Made by a program: the position numbers and the translations under genes. The notes below the pieces were generated by a model. It searched no databases, was not told the origin of the DNA, and saw only the letters and a program-made list of their open reading frames with translations. Positions 27,401-39,794 of a stretch of 64,000 bases of DNA are shown here, in pieces. Source of the DNA: Lama guanicoe (taxonomy: Eukaryota); NCBI GenBank assembly GCA_013239625.1, contig MU053513.1, positions 2,716,927 through 2,780,926 on the forward strand. The letters run 5' to 3'. Within the stretch, counting starts at the first letter, position 1. Every line of letters starts with the position of its first letter.

Positions 27401-28014
27401 GCTGCTATGCCCTCTGTCCACAGCCCAAATGTATTTATGATTCAGCTCCATTTGGGGGTTTGATTCCTTCATCTGCACATCTGATTAACAGTTTAGTTTT
27501 TCAAAAATAGATTTCTAATTTGAGAATTAATCTCTCTGACCTTTATTGTACCAACATTTATACATTCTATAATCCAAAACAGATCCTGATCGTTTACTAA
27601 ACAAAGTTTTCCAAAGTTATCACAGCAACATATCTCTTTTTACAAGGCAGGATTAAAGACAATGGGTAGATGTTGCAGACAAGTAAATTTTGGCCCTAAA
27701 AAAAAGAATTAAAATGATTCTCCAACTAGACCAGCAGGGGGATAAGAAGTGATGGACAGAGGCTTCAACTCTGGGTGTTTTAAAATAAAGTGATTTTTAA
27801 CCACCCATCGGGATGACGTTGGGAGAGCCTGCCTAGTTACCTCTCTATAATCCTGCACTTGTTCCCGCTGTACCACCCCCACCACTGCTATGTTAGTACA
27901 AGCCCTACTTACCACACCTGGGGACTGTATCAACACTTTTGTGCTTGTTTCCTTGTCTACAGTTTCAGTCTCTAAAACCCTGTCTTCTGCATTGACACTT
28001 AATAACCTTTTCTT

Positions 28015-29250
28015 TTTTCTTTTTAACAGCTTTGTTGTGATAAAACTCACATATCATATTACTCATTCATTTGAAGTATACAGCTCAGTGGTTTTTAGTA
28101 TCTTCACTGAGTTGTGTATCAATTACTACAACCTAATTTTATAACATTTTTATCAGCCCAAAAGAAACACTGAACCCATTAGCAGTCACTCCTCATACCT
28201 ATCCCAGCCCCAGGAGACAAATAATCAATCTCCTTTCTGTCTGTGCAGATTTTAGATATTTTACATAAGTGGAAATATATAACATGTGGCCTTTTGTGAC
28301 TGACTTCTTTCATTTAGCGTGTTTATAATGCTCACCCATGTTGTAGCATTTGTGTGTACTTTTTATTGTCAAATAATATTCTATTGTATGTATATACCAC
28401 ATTTTTAGAATCCATTCATTACTTGACAGGCATTTGGGTTGTTTCCACTTTTAGGCAATTATGCATAATGCTGCTTTGAACATTCATGTACAAGTTTTTA
28501 TGTGAACATAAGTTTTCATTATCTTAGATCGAAATCACTGGATCATATACAGCTGTATGGGTAACATTTTGAGAAACTATCAAATTGTTTTCAGAGCAGC
28601 TGCACCATTTCACATCCCCAGCAAAAATGGATGAGGCGGCCAGTTTCTCCATCTTTGCCAACTCTCATTATTGTCTATCTTTTGATAATTGCTACTCAAG
28701 TAGTTATGAAGTGGTCTCTCATTATGGGTTTGATTTGCATTTCTCTGATGTGTAATGACGTTGAACATCTTTTCATGTGCTATTAACCATTCATATATAT
28801 TTATGGAGAAATATCTGTTCAAATCTTTTACCCATTTTTAAATTGATTATTTGTCTTTTTGTTAATAAGTTGTAATAATTCTTTACATATTCTAGACTCA
28901 AGTCCCTTATCAGATAAATAATTCACAAATATTATATCCCATTCTGTGGATTGTCCTTCTACCTTCTTGACAGTGTCCTTTCAAGCACAGTTTTTAATTT
29001 TAATGAAATCCAGTTTACCTGTTTTGCTGTAGTTGTTGCTTATGCTTCTGGTGTCAAATGTAAGAAACTATTGCCTAATCCAAGATCATGAAAATTTATT
29101 CCTATGTTTTCTTCTGGAAGTTTTATAGTTTTATTTCCTGCATTAAAGTCTGTGATTGACTTTGTTAATTTTCGTGTATTGTATGAGGTAGGGGCCCAAG
29201 TTGATTCTTTTACATGTGGATATACAGATATCCCAACACAATTTATTAAA
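28015..29250 (-). mobile_element. L1MB-like 3' fragment
   Basis: Antisense L1 3'UTR and ORF2 end (acagctttgttgtgataaaactcacatat...; ggtttgatttgcatttctctgatg; gtcccttatcagata). Confidence 0.8.
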
Positions 29251-30194
29251 AAGGTAATCTACGCATAAATATAGGGGCTTCATTTCATTTCACACTCAAA
29301 ATTCTTTAGCAGTTCACTACTGAGTACCGTAGTGATTTCTAGGCTTGGACTTCATGAACCAGCAAAGTAAAATAACTTAGGGAGATTTACATAGGGTTGC
29401 AAACTTTTTATTATTAATCAGGAGAGCAATAGGTAAAGGAAACAGTATTTATACTTTCTCTACACAATTCAACAAAAATATGTTTTACATAGATGCACAC
29501 ATCTGGAAAGAAAATAATCCCAGAAGCCAAGTACTTTAAATGAATTTAGCTTTATTAAAAACTCAGCAGATTGCCCCCTGTTTTTTTTCATGTTCTTGCA
29601 GACTGGTGGGAATATTGCTCATAGTCTGTCTTTTGTGCAACATCCCAGCTCTTCCTGCCTAACAAGCTTCATTTCTTGTCATTTTCCTCCTACACACCTT
29701 ATGATGCAGTCATACTCAACAAACATGACTCGTTTTCTTACCTTCTTTGCTTCTGGCTGGAAACACCCTCACTCAATCCCATTCTCCAAATGGAAGAAAC
29801 ATTCGTATAAGCTCTAATGCACTATGCATGGCATGATAGTGATGCAAAGGCCATAGGAATGCAAAAGTTAGTTTTCAGCTTATCTGATCTACATCTCTTG
29901 GGAAGGGAGTTAGAATAATTAATGCAAAAGCCTAGATAAATCTTGACATCACTACTAACTGTTGACAAGATTTCATCTTTCTTAGATTCAGATTTATTAC
30001 CTGTAATTGGAGATAGCAGTGTCTGTCCCATAGGGTTACTGTGAGGATCAAATGATTTGAAAAATGTAAGTAATCCAATGCAGCAGCTAGATGCACAGTC
30101 GTTGATCAGTGTTATTTGCCTTCCCCTCCATTCTAATCAGTGGTTTGCAAATCTGACTACACATAGAATGACCTGGGAAGTTTGAAAAAGCCCT

Positions 30195-31786
30195 TATCCC
30201 ATCAACAAGCTAATTCTAAAGTTCATATGAAAATTCAAGGGATCCAGAGTAGCCAAAACATTCTTGAAAAAGAGGAAACAAGGTTGGAGAACTTGCATTT
30301 TTTTATTTTAAAATTTACTTTGTATAGCTATATCAACTGATTTTTCACAAGAGTGCCAAGACAATTCAATGGGGGAAAAACAGTTTTTTTCACAAATAGT
30401 GCTGGGACAATCGGATACCTACATGAAAAAGAATAAAGTTCTTTACACTACGCACAAAAATTAACTAAAAATTGATCAGAGACCTAAGTGTAAGAGAGAA
30501 AACTCTTAGAAGACTATGCAGGAGTCAATAATCCTGACTTTGGCTTAAGCCAAGCCTTCTTAGATACGATAGCAAAAGCAAAAATGACAAAAGAAATAAC
30601 AGGCAAATTGGACTTCATCAAAACTTTTGTGCTTGACAGGACACTGTCAAGAAAGTAAAAAGGCTCCAACAGAATGGGAGAAACTCTAAATATATATCTG
30701 ATAAGAAGCTTGTATCTAAAATACCTAAAGAACTATTACAACTCAATAATAAAAAGACAAATTAACAAATGAGCAAAAGATTTGAATAGACATTTCTCCA
30801 GAGAAAACATACAAATGGCCAAAAAGCATATGAAAAGTTACCTAACATCATTAGGCACCAAAGAAATACAAATCAAACCTACAGTAAGGTACCACTTCAT
30901 AACTACTTGGGTGACTGTTACCAAAAGACAGATGATGATAAAAGTTGACAAAGATGTAGAAATTAGAGCCCTCATACATTGCTGCTGGGGATGTGAAATG
31001 GTGCAGCTGCTCTGAAAAACAATATGATAGTTTCTCAAAATGTTAAACACAGCGTTAGCAAGGGACTCTGCAATTCCAATTTTAGCTATGGAATATTTTT
31101 CTACCACACACACACACCACACACACACACAAAGCGTTGATACGTACTACAGCATGGATAAACCTTGAAAACATTAAGTGAAAGAAGCCAGTCACAAAAG
31201 GCCACATATTATATGACTCCACTGATAAGAAATGTTCAGAATAGGCAAGTCTACACAGACAGACATAGATTAGAGATTGCCTAGAACTGAGAGGAATTAG
31301 GGGTATTGGGAGTGACTAATAATGGGTACAGTTTCTTTTGAGGGTGATAAAAATATTCTAGAATTGATTGTGGTGATGATTGCAGAACTCCGAATATACT
31401 AAAAAGCACTGAACTATATATACTTTATTTATTTTTTATTGAAGTATAATTGATTTACAATGTTTCAGGTGTACAGAAAAGTGGTTCAGTTTTATATAAT
31501 ATATATACATATATTCTTTTCAGATTCCTTTCCATTATAGGTTATTACATGATATTGAATATAGTTCCCTGTGCTCTACAGTAGGTCCTTGTTGCTTATC
31601 TATTTTGTATATAGTAGTTTGTATCTACTAATCCCAAATTCCCAATTTATCCCTTCCCCGCTTCCCGCTTTGGTAAACATGAGTTTGTTTTCCATGTCTG
31701 TGAGTCTGTTTCTGGTTTGGGAACTGTACACTTAAATGGGTAAATTATGCAGTATATGAATTACATATCTCGATAAACCTATAAAA
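30195..31786 (+). mobile_element. L1MB-like 3' fragment
   Basis: ORF2 C-terminal remnant ([18 protein letters not shown]...EIQIKPTVRYHF, ORF 30782-31015), 3'UTR aagtgaaagaagccagtcacaaaaggccacatatt, terminus tgaattacatatctcgataaa. Confidence 0.85.
31426..31720 (-). mobile_element. Younger artiodactyl-type L1 3' end nested in L1MB
   Basis: ttttttattgaagtataattgatttacaatg...tgtctgtgagtctgtttctg; approximate TSD gaactatatatactt (31411) / gaactgtacactt (31721). Confidence 0.85.
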
Positions 31787-31912
31787 ATGTCTTACTCCCA
31801 GAGTTTCTGATTCAGTTGTTCTGGCACCCTGGCTTTAAAAAAATAGATCCTTGGTAATTCTAATGTGTTCTTCTATTGATTTCTTCATTTAGTTTTCCTG
31901 ACCCATCTACTT

Positions 31913-32043
31913 AAAAAAAAATTGGGGGTGTTAGTAATTAGATTTATTTATGTATTTATTTTTAATGAAGGTACTGGGCATTGAACCAAAGACCTCATGT
32001 ATGCTAGGCACGTCCTCTACCACTGAGCTATCCCCTCCCCCCT
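31913..32043 (-). mobile_element. tRNA-derived SINE, camelid Vic-1-like
   Basis: Minus strand GGGGATAGCTCAGTGGTAGAG (A box) ... GGTTCAATGCCCAGTACC (B box), AT-rich tail; TSD ACCCATCTACTT at 31901-31912 and 32044-32055. Family name from recalled consensus. Confidence 0.85.
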
Positions 32044-32769
32044 ACCCATCTACTTTAGAAAAATTTATTCAATCTGCCACATTTACTTCCTTCTTTATAT
32101 CTGCTATTTTCTCACTCTTTCTCTAGTTGTTCAAGATCCTCAGTCTATCTTATCCCCAAATCAGAATGTCCCCCAGCCCCTCTGAACTCATCAACATGTC
32201 TCACCTTCTTTGGATCTGATTTAAATGTTATCTCCAGGAGACCGTAAATGACCAGCCCCACTTTACTTTCCTCAGTGGGCACGTGCTGTGTTCTCTGCAA
32301 GCATCTGTTTCATGTGCACCTGTTAGAATCACCAACTTAGGTTTCCAGCAGGAAGAAAGCTTTAAGGGAAGTAGTTGTCCATCCCACTCCTATCATTTTA
32401 CTTTCATGGCTGATACAGATGAAGACTGGAGGAAACAGAATTCCATTCTGAGCATTTGACTACTTTGCATTTGTTGATATTTTATTTTTTAATTATTTCA
32501 AGTAATTCCTCATGTATTTGTTTTATCTGCCTGATTAGGTTATAATCCTCTTGAAGCTATATAACTTCCTTTTACATGACTTTCCTGTACCTGTTAACAA
32601 TAAAATATATATATACCCTAATGAGCTGACATTCCTAGTGTCTTCCTGAATTATCTTCTTGTATTATTCAAGGACGCTTTTACTTTTAAGGGCATTAAGG
32701 CTATTTTATAAAAGACAATAATCAACTACACAGAAGAGAAAAGAAGAGAAAAGATTTGACCTGCCAGAG

Positions 32770-32960
32770 GAGACATTTAGGTAACCTTGGGCAAATTACT
32801 CAACTTTTCTGAAACTCAGTTCCTAACTGTAAGATGACAGAATACTTATCATGTATGCTTTTTTCATGAGAATTAAATTAGCTAATGTTTATTTCATATT
32901 TAGGGAGCACTGGCATGTGATATCTGCTCAGGAAATATTAGTTACTTTTATCATCATAGT
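32770..32960 (+). mobile_element. MIR SINE
   Basis: gtaaccttgggcaaattactcaacttttctgaaactcagtttcc...tgtaagatg...gagaattaaat. Confidence 0.7.
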
Positions 32961-34639
32961 CATTACGATTATTGGAAGCATTTCTATCCTGGAATTAGTC
33001 CTTAGCAACCCAAAGATTTTTACACAGTTGAAATGTATTTTTGCTTCAAAGCATTGAAGCAGCTCTTCATTGAGCTAATTTTGAGTTGATACAGTTTCTC
33101 AGATAGCTAATTTCCATCCAATAAGCATAAATGCTTATAGAACTATATGCAACAATTGTTCAAAATACACTGTGCATCAAACCATATGTCTAAAGGAACT
33201 GACTCTATTAACCAAGTGAACTTCCTGACTCCAGCCTTCAGCGAAGGAAGAGCCTGTGTCCCCAGCGAGCACTACCTCTATCAAGCAATAGATGCCCCAA
33301 GGGGGGTGTCCTCATTAGCTAAGTTCTTCCACCAATTTTCACGTTGAAGTTTTGTTTTGAAGCTGAGAAAAGCTGGCTTAATTGGCTTTTTTCTTCCCCT
33401 GTAGCAGAAGTTTGTAGGGAAGATATATATCTTGAAATCTAATTACATATCTTAACTGTAACCTGAGAAACTTAAAATTCACAGGTGCACTTTATCTGTC
33501 AAATATGGAGACAGTTGGCAAATGCAGGCCATAAAGGTGGAGATTTAGTACCCAAATGCATGAATTGTTGCTGCTTTCCTGTGTTTATTACTTCACAGTT
33601 AATCAAGGAGATAACTCCCAGGAGTTTGGTATCTCTCTCCCTATGTTCTATATGATGAGGAGGGAAGGAGAAAAGAATATTCTCTTTGTAACACATTTCT
33701 AGTTGGAATAAGGTATTTGGTTCACAAAAAAGCCTCGAATGAAGAACTAACATTATGTCTTAATCAATTTTTGAAATCCTTTTTAAAGCCAATAGACCAG
33801 GACATCACATTATTGTTACTATTTGTATGTAGTTCTTTTGCTACAGTAACTTCTCAGTAATTGTATGAATATGTGCATATAATTAGGGTAGATATTCAGA
33901 AACAGGACTGCTCAACAATGATCAAAACCATATGTCTACACTGACAAGGAGCAATTACATTGAAAAGGTTTTGTAGTATGGAAGCTCTAATCATTGACTG
34001 GAACATAGTTTCTTTGCTGAGCATCAGAACTACAAAAGGTTTTACATGTGTATGTCTCAAAAATGATGCAATTACCAAAGATGAATGAAAACAGAGGAAT
34101 AAACAAGAGCAGTACTAAGAGAATAAGAGCAAACACGTTCTTTACCACCAAGCATCATCAGAGCTATCCAAGACAGCATCTAGGAAGACAAGCCCTCCCA
34201 GTTCACAAACACTCCCCAGTTACCTGGAGCTATTAAAAGAACCTGTTTCCTGAGTGACTCTGGATACAGGTCTCACCAAGTTCTTAGAGAAATGGCCAGC
34301 ATGATTCTCCTATTCAGCAAATAAGGTAATTATGGCACTGGATCAAGTTAACTTAGAAATTCTTGGCTGATAGGAAATTCTTCTATCCCCTTATTTCATG
34401 GTCCAAAATAAGCAGACCTAACACTTCTACCCTCTTCATCATCACTGTTCATATATTTTGCTACTACTATAAAAATTTTACATTTCATTTTAAAATATGT
34501 AGAAACACCAAAAAAAAAGAAAGAAATTATGAACACACAAAGATCTGAAAAGAAATTTATCTGAAGTAAAATCAAAATAATAATTGCTTAAAAACTTTAA
34601 GAGTTCTTGTTCTTTAGGAAAATACCCAGGTGTCTTTTT

Positions 34640-37280
34640 GAAACACTCTTATTACCAATGTGCATTATTTTAGGAATTAAAAGATGTTTCAGCATTGGAA
34701 AATCTGTTATTGCATTACACAATATCAACAAAGTAAAGAATAAACGATCCGTGATAAACCCAATAGATGTCAAAAAAATGATAAACTCAATAGATGTCAA
34801 AATAAGTGTTTAATAAAATTTAACACTCATTTATGTTTAACACTTAGCAAATTAGAATAAAAGGGAACCCCCTAAGCTGAGGAGGGGTTGTGAGGATCAA
34901 ACTTAACAATAAAACTTAACAATGTTACCGTCAGAGTTAGAATAAGACAAGGATGCCTGCTATCACTACTTCTCTTAAATGCTGTTAGGAGGTCTCAGTC
35001 AACACGATAAGACAAGAAAAACAAAACGAAGCACATAATGGAAAGATAGAAACAAAACTGTGTTTTTGTGTAAATGGTAAGTTTGTTTACATAATAATCC
35101 ATGAGAGTCTTCAGACCATTAGAATTAGTCATTGTTCAGCAGATACAGCGTCAACCTAAAAATAATAATAGGACTTCTACACAGCAGTAGGAACTCATTC
35201 AAGAATAATAATACAAAAAAAGTACTTCATTTACAATAAGAACAAACTAAAATAAGCTAAGAACAAATAAGTGTTGATCTTTTTGGAATAAACTACAAAA
35301 TTACTGATTGATATCAAAGAACTGAATAGACAGGTATACCAAGTTTATGGATAAGAAGACTCAAATTAATCCATGTAGAAATGCAATGACACTGAATTTT
35401 CAACAGGCTTTTTTCATGAGACATTATAAACTAGTCTTGAAATTCATTTGAAAGGACTGAAAGAGCACAGAAGGTCAACAATAGTTAAAACAATTTTGAA
35501 GAAGAAAGGGGTAGAGACAGCCCAACCTATAAGATACCACAATTAGTAATAATAATACTTATACTACAACTAAAAAGTAATAGCAGTTGACTCTTACTGA
35601 GCATTTATTAAGTGCCAGGCAACACCTTTTCAATTATTATGAGTTTGGTATGATTATTGTCACCATTTTACAGTAAAGAAAGAAATGAGGGCACAAAGAG
35701 ATTAAGGATCTCTTTCAAGTTTCCAAGGCTAGGCAATGGCAGAGTTGGGGTTCGCACCTGAGCAGCATAGCTCCTGAGCCCCTGTCCCTAACCCTATGCA
35801 ATAATATCTCTAAACTATGGTGTTACCCAAGGTGTCTTATTGACACAGGGGTAGAAAAACAGCCACTGAAACATAATACTGAACCCAGAAAGTGACCTAT
35901 GCATAAACGGAAACTTGGTATCAATCAATGACCAAAAAAATGAGGCATTCAATGATGTTGCTGAGATTGCTGGCTATCCATATGGAAAAAATAAAATAAA
36001 ACTAAGTCCCTTTATGTTACATAAAAATAATCCCAGCTGGACTGATTGTGGAAAGAAAACCTTGAACTTTTTTAAGGAGAATATGGGAGGATAGCTTTAA
36101 GATTTTGAAGGTAGAGAAAGATTTCATATATATGACATAAAAGTCCCAATCCACGAAGTCATGGATTGGCATTTTTTACTGTATTAATATTTAATACTTC
36201 TATTCACGAAGCAACATTGTAAACAACACGAGCAGTCAAGAAACAATTTGGAAAAGACATTTGTAATATGCGTTAACACGAAAGGATTGCTATCTAGGAT
36301 ATCTAAAGAACTTTACACATAGATAGGAAAAAAACAACTCCCTGTTCCTCCAAAAGGGACAATAGATATGAATAGGCAATTTTCATAAAAGAAAACCTGT
36401 TTGGCCAACATACCTTTTGAAAGGCCCTCAATCTTTCCCATTGTCAGGGGAACACAAAATAAAACAATGAGATACCACTTCACACCAGTAGGTTGACAAA
36501 AATCAGAATTTGATTCCAAAAGTTGAATATAGAAGAAATTTCTCTCATCCACTACAACATTTTGTAAAATACTTTGGCAAACTCAAAGAAAATTGAAGAA
36601 ATATACCTCCTTCAGCCTGTAACTTTATTTCTAGATATATATCTTAGAAGAAGAAACTCTCACACGTGTGACAAAGAAATATGTAGGAGAATGTTAACCG
36701 TGAGTAGCATTATTTGTAATAGGAAAGGACTGTAAACTGTCAATCAAAATGTTTACTGAGAGAAAAAAAGGATACTAAATTGTAGTATATTTATGCATGC
36801 GTATAGTGAAACACTACTGAGCTACGTACAAAAATATGGTTAAACATCAATAACATGATTGCTTAAAAGATTGGAGAATAATACTTTCAGGACTTATGTA
36901 ATTTGTGTATTGTTTATACAAAATATAATATTTATGTTCAGCTGGAAAGCATGTAAAATCATACCGTATGGTTCTACATTGCTTAGGGATATGTACATAG
37001 TCATGGTACAAACACACATACTAGACTGGTAAACACAAATTCAGGTCACTGGTCACCTCCAGCGAAGGGTAGGAGCATGGAACCCGGGAAAGGGATGTGG
37101 GGGGCTGCAACTGTATTTGAGATGTTTTGTTTGTTAAAAATAACAATAACCTCAACAGATCACAAGGGCCTGTGGCCCCATCTGTGAATCAGAGCTGGGT
37201 GGTAGGAATTTGAATGTTCCATCTTTTATTTCATTTATACCTCTCTTTATATTTGAAATATTTGTTAATAAAATAAAAAG
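34640..37280 (+). mobile_element. Old L1 (L1ME-like) ORF2 and 3' remnant
   Basis: aataagacaaggatgcctgctatcact, tggctatccatatggaaaaa and aaaacaatgagataccacttcacacc motifs; heavily decayed; interrupted by a MIR. Confidence 0.7.
35575..35800 (-). mobile_element. MIR SINE inside the L1ME-like element
   Basis: actgagcatttattaagtgccaggc...attattgtcaccattttacag...gaggg cacaaagagattaagg...ttccaagg. Confidence 0.7.
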
Positions 37281-37603
37281 GAGCTATGTATAAATCAAGT
37301 GCTGATCACCAGAATCCTATTGTCCCAGGAGGTTGTGATTATATGATAATTTCAGAGGTAGCCTCTCTTCTCTCCTCTCCTGGCAGCTGACCAGCCTGCA
37401 AGTTGAACAATATGTATTAAGTGCCTGCCATTCGTCAGGCACAAAGCAAGGTTCTGGTGATCCAGCTGTGAGAGACCCAGCTCTGAAATATATATATATA
37501 TTCCAGTGGGATTACAAGTGTACATCTGCAAGCCGTGATAAATGCCAGGACAAAAAGAGTAGGGAACTATGACTGAGAAACTGGGCAGGGGGCAGGCACA
37601 CAC

Positions 37604-38050
37604 TGTGGCAGGTTGGCTGCCTGGAAGTCATTCCCAGTCCCCCTCCTCCCTTGCCACCCTCTATTATAGAGGTTGGGAAGCTAATCATGAGTTTCCATGC
37701 TCCCTTGCATGTGGCATGATTCTAACCAGTTAGACATAGTTAGGACTCTTGGGGATCGTGGCCTTTCCTGAATGAACCCTCAAAGGAAGAGAGCCTTTCT
37801 ACCTGCAGCACGGATGTGATGCCGGGGGTGGAACAGACATCTTGAGATGGTGAAGAATGGAAGCCATATGTTCTGAGGGGTGGAGCAGAGGGAGAGGCTC
37901 CCAGGCCCTTGACGACATGGCTGAGCCATAGTACCAGCCCTGGATTGTTTACTCTGAACTGCTTTTTACAAGATTATTAAGACCTACTGGCTTGAGCTGC
38001 TGTTAATAAGATTTCCTCTTAGTTGCAGTTAAAATCATTCCAAACAGAAA
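37604..38050 (+). mobile_element. MLT1 (MaLR) LTR
   Basis: Starts tgtggcag; gagcc...accagccctggattgtttactctgaact and 3' ttagttgcagttaaaatcattccaaac typical of MLT1. Confidence 0.6.
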
Positions 38051-38897
38051 TCTTCTAGCAGATGTGACTTTTAAGTTGAAACGAGTGTAGTGAGAGGGAG
38101 CAACCCCTGCAGAAAGCAGGGTGGGCAGGGGAGTGGGAGGATAAGCAAGGTCAGCGGGGAGGGGGCAGCATGTTCGAGGGTTGGCCTGTTTGAGAACCTC
38201 AGGGAAGCCTTCCGATGCTGGGGTTGGATAAAGGGACAAGTTTGCAGCTGGCTGGGGTTCTGAATACCTGACTTCCTTTCTCAGGCTCCAGGTTAATAAC
38301 AGTGTAGTTGATCTACAAACAAAGATGGGCCCTATAGCATCCAGGGTAGTTGCTATGTTTCCAGACTCCTCTTTATAAAACAAAGAATTAAACCCTAATC
38401 CATCGACTTGGATCTTTGTGTTTGATTTTTCAAAAGTGAATTCTACCTAGTCCACCTTTAATCCTGAGATACAGCTTCCTCTACCCTCTCCTCTACCACA
38501 GAGGAAGGGGAAAAAGTCAGCATCTCATCAGTCCCCGTGACATAAAGTAAATTGCAATGATAGACGTTAAGCACAGCCTAGCCAACCGTGACTCAAGCAC
38601 ACCTTGTTACAAAGGTTTCTATTTTGTTCTGTACTTATCTGAATGGGAAGAGGCAACTTCATTGTTGAAAAGACTCTGATGTGAACAACACAACAAAAAT
38701 CTAGTTGCTTTAATCCTGTCCTCACTGGGTTTAAGGAAAGGGTTGGCTGATTTTCTGTGCTTCCCATTGGTCTGTTTCCTGGATCCTGTATTTTATGGCA
38801 AAGGCTATTTTATAAGATAGTATTTACTGAGCACCTGGGTAGGCAGAGAGCTGGTTCAGGTAAGAAGCCCATGGCTTGAGAGAAAATGTCCATTTTC

Positions 38898-39794
38898 TTT
38901 TGTTGTTGTTGTTGCAAAAAGCTTGTTTCCATTTGGCCCGAGGCTTGGGAGAGGGCTCCAGGATGGTTAAAAAGCTGTCTCGTGACTGCAGAGAGGCTTC
39001 AGGCAGGAGCCCTGACACCAGAGGGGCTCCACAAAGGCCACTGGGTTGCAGAGGCTCCTAGTCGTGCTTGAGGGTGAGCCTTTGGGAGAGATAATCACCC
39101 AGCCCAGCCTGGGGACCAGAGAGCCTGCAGAGGTCAGTCAGGTGGTTGCCCATCTTCTTGATGAGTTTCACCTCCTCATCCAGGAAGTGGCTCTCCCGGA
39201 AGTCACAGAGGTGTGGGTCTGCACAGGCAGAACCCAGGGCATGCAGATCCAAAAGGGCCTGGTTCAGGTTCTTCTCCAGGACAATAGCAGCTTTCATAGC
39301 ATCCTGGGTTTTACCCCACTCATCTTGAGATGGCTTCTGGATGTCCTGGAAGAGGGCGCAGCCGCCGCACTGGTTTTGCATTTTCAAGAGGCGCTCCGTG
39401 CCCTCGTGCTTCTCCTCAGCCAATTCGTGGGAAAACGTGGCCAATACTCTCCACAGCCATGTCGTCGTGGTCGAAATATAAGCCCAGAGAAAGGTAGGTG
39501 TAGGAGGCCTGCAGATGCATGTTGACCAGGTGGTTGACAGAGGCCTCAACCTCGCTGGAATAATTCTGATGAATCTGGGAGCTCATGGTTGATCGGTAAT
39601 AAGGAGTTAAGCTCACAAAATGGTGTTGGCTGGTCCCAGAGGCTGAAGATAGCTTAGGGGCTGGTTCTGAAGGATGTGACTGGAAAAAAGATTGAAGGGT
39701 GGTTGGAGGCTGGAGCAAGAGGCGTTCCTGGGTCTGTTCCATCTAAACACTGTTGAAGCAAGAGACAGGTCCGCGGGACCGCCAAATGCACTGT
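38898..39794 (-). pseudogene. FTL: Ferritin light chain (FTL) processed pseudogene, full-length retrocopy
   Basis: ATG at 39586 gives [42 protein letters not shown]; after a +1 frameshift (extra C at ~39429-39431) the frame continues [20 protein letters not shown]...[14 protein letters not shown]...RLTLKHD to TAG at 39058. Span is 529 nt versus 528 for a 175-aa FTL. Intronless, 5'UTR with IRE, decayed A-tail at 38898-38914, TSD GAAAATGTCCATTTTC at 38882-38897 and 39795-39810. Confidence 0.97.
39733..39767 (-). promoter_or_regulatory. Degenerate iron-responsive element (IRE) in the FTL retrocopy 5'UTR
   Basis: Minus strand reads TCTCTTG-C-TTCAA-CAGTGT-TTAGA-TGGAACAGA. The CAGTGN loop (39747-39752) and bulged C are kept; the upper stem has a C.A mismatch. 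Confidence 0.9.

Larger units (their letters stand above)
30138..31868. mobile_element. MER5A-like hAT MITE split by the L1MB insertion (pieces ~30138-30190 and ~31790-31868)
   Basis: cagtggtttgcaaatctgactacacatagaatgacctgggaag on the left and cccagagtttctgattcagt...ggtaattctaatgtg on the right read as consecutive parts of MER5A. Confidence 0.6.

Noticed and set aside
31965..32040. tRNA gene
   Set aside because: The A/B boxes belong to a SINE head with tail and TSD; no intact cloverleaf.
39046..39525. 159-aa plus-strand ORF
   Set aside because: Antisense shadow of the FTL coding sequence; no independent support.
39058..39549. 163-aa ORF as an intact ferritin gene
   Set aside because: It begins at a TTG in the wrong frame; the first ~40 residues are out-of-frame translation upstream of the frameshift. 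It is part of the pseudogene.
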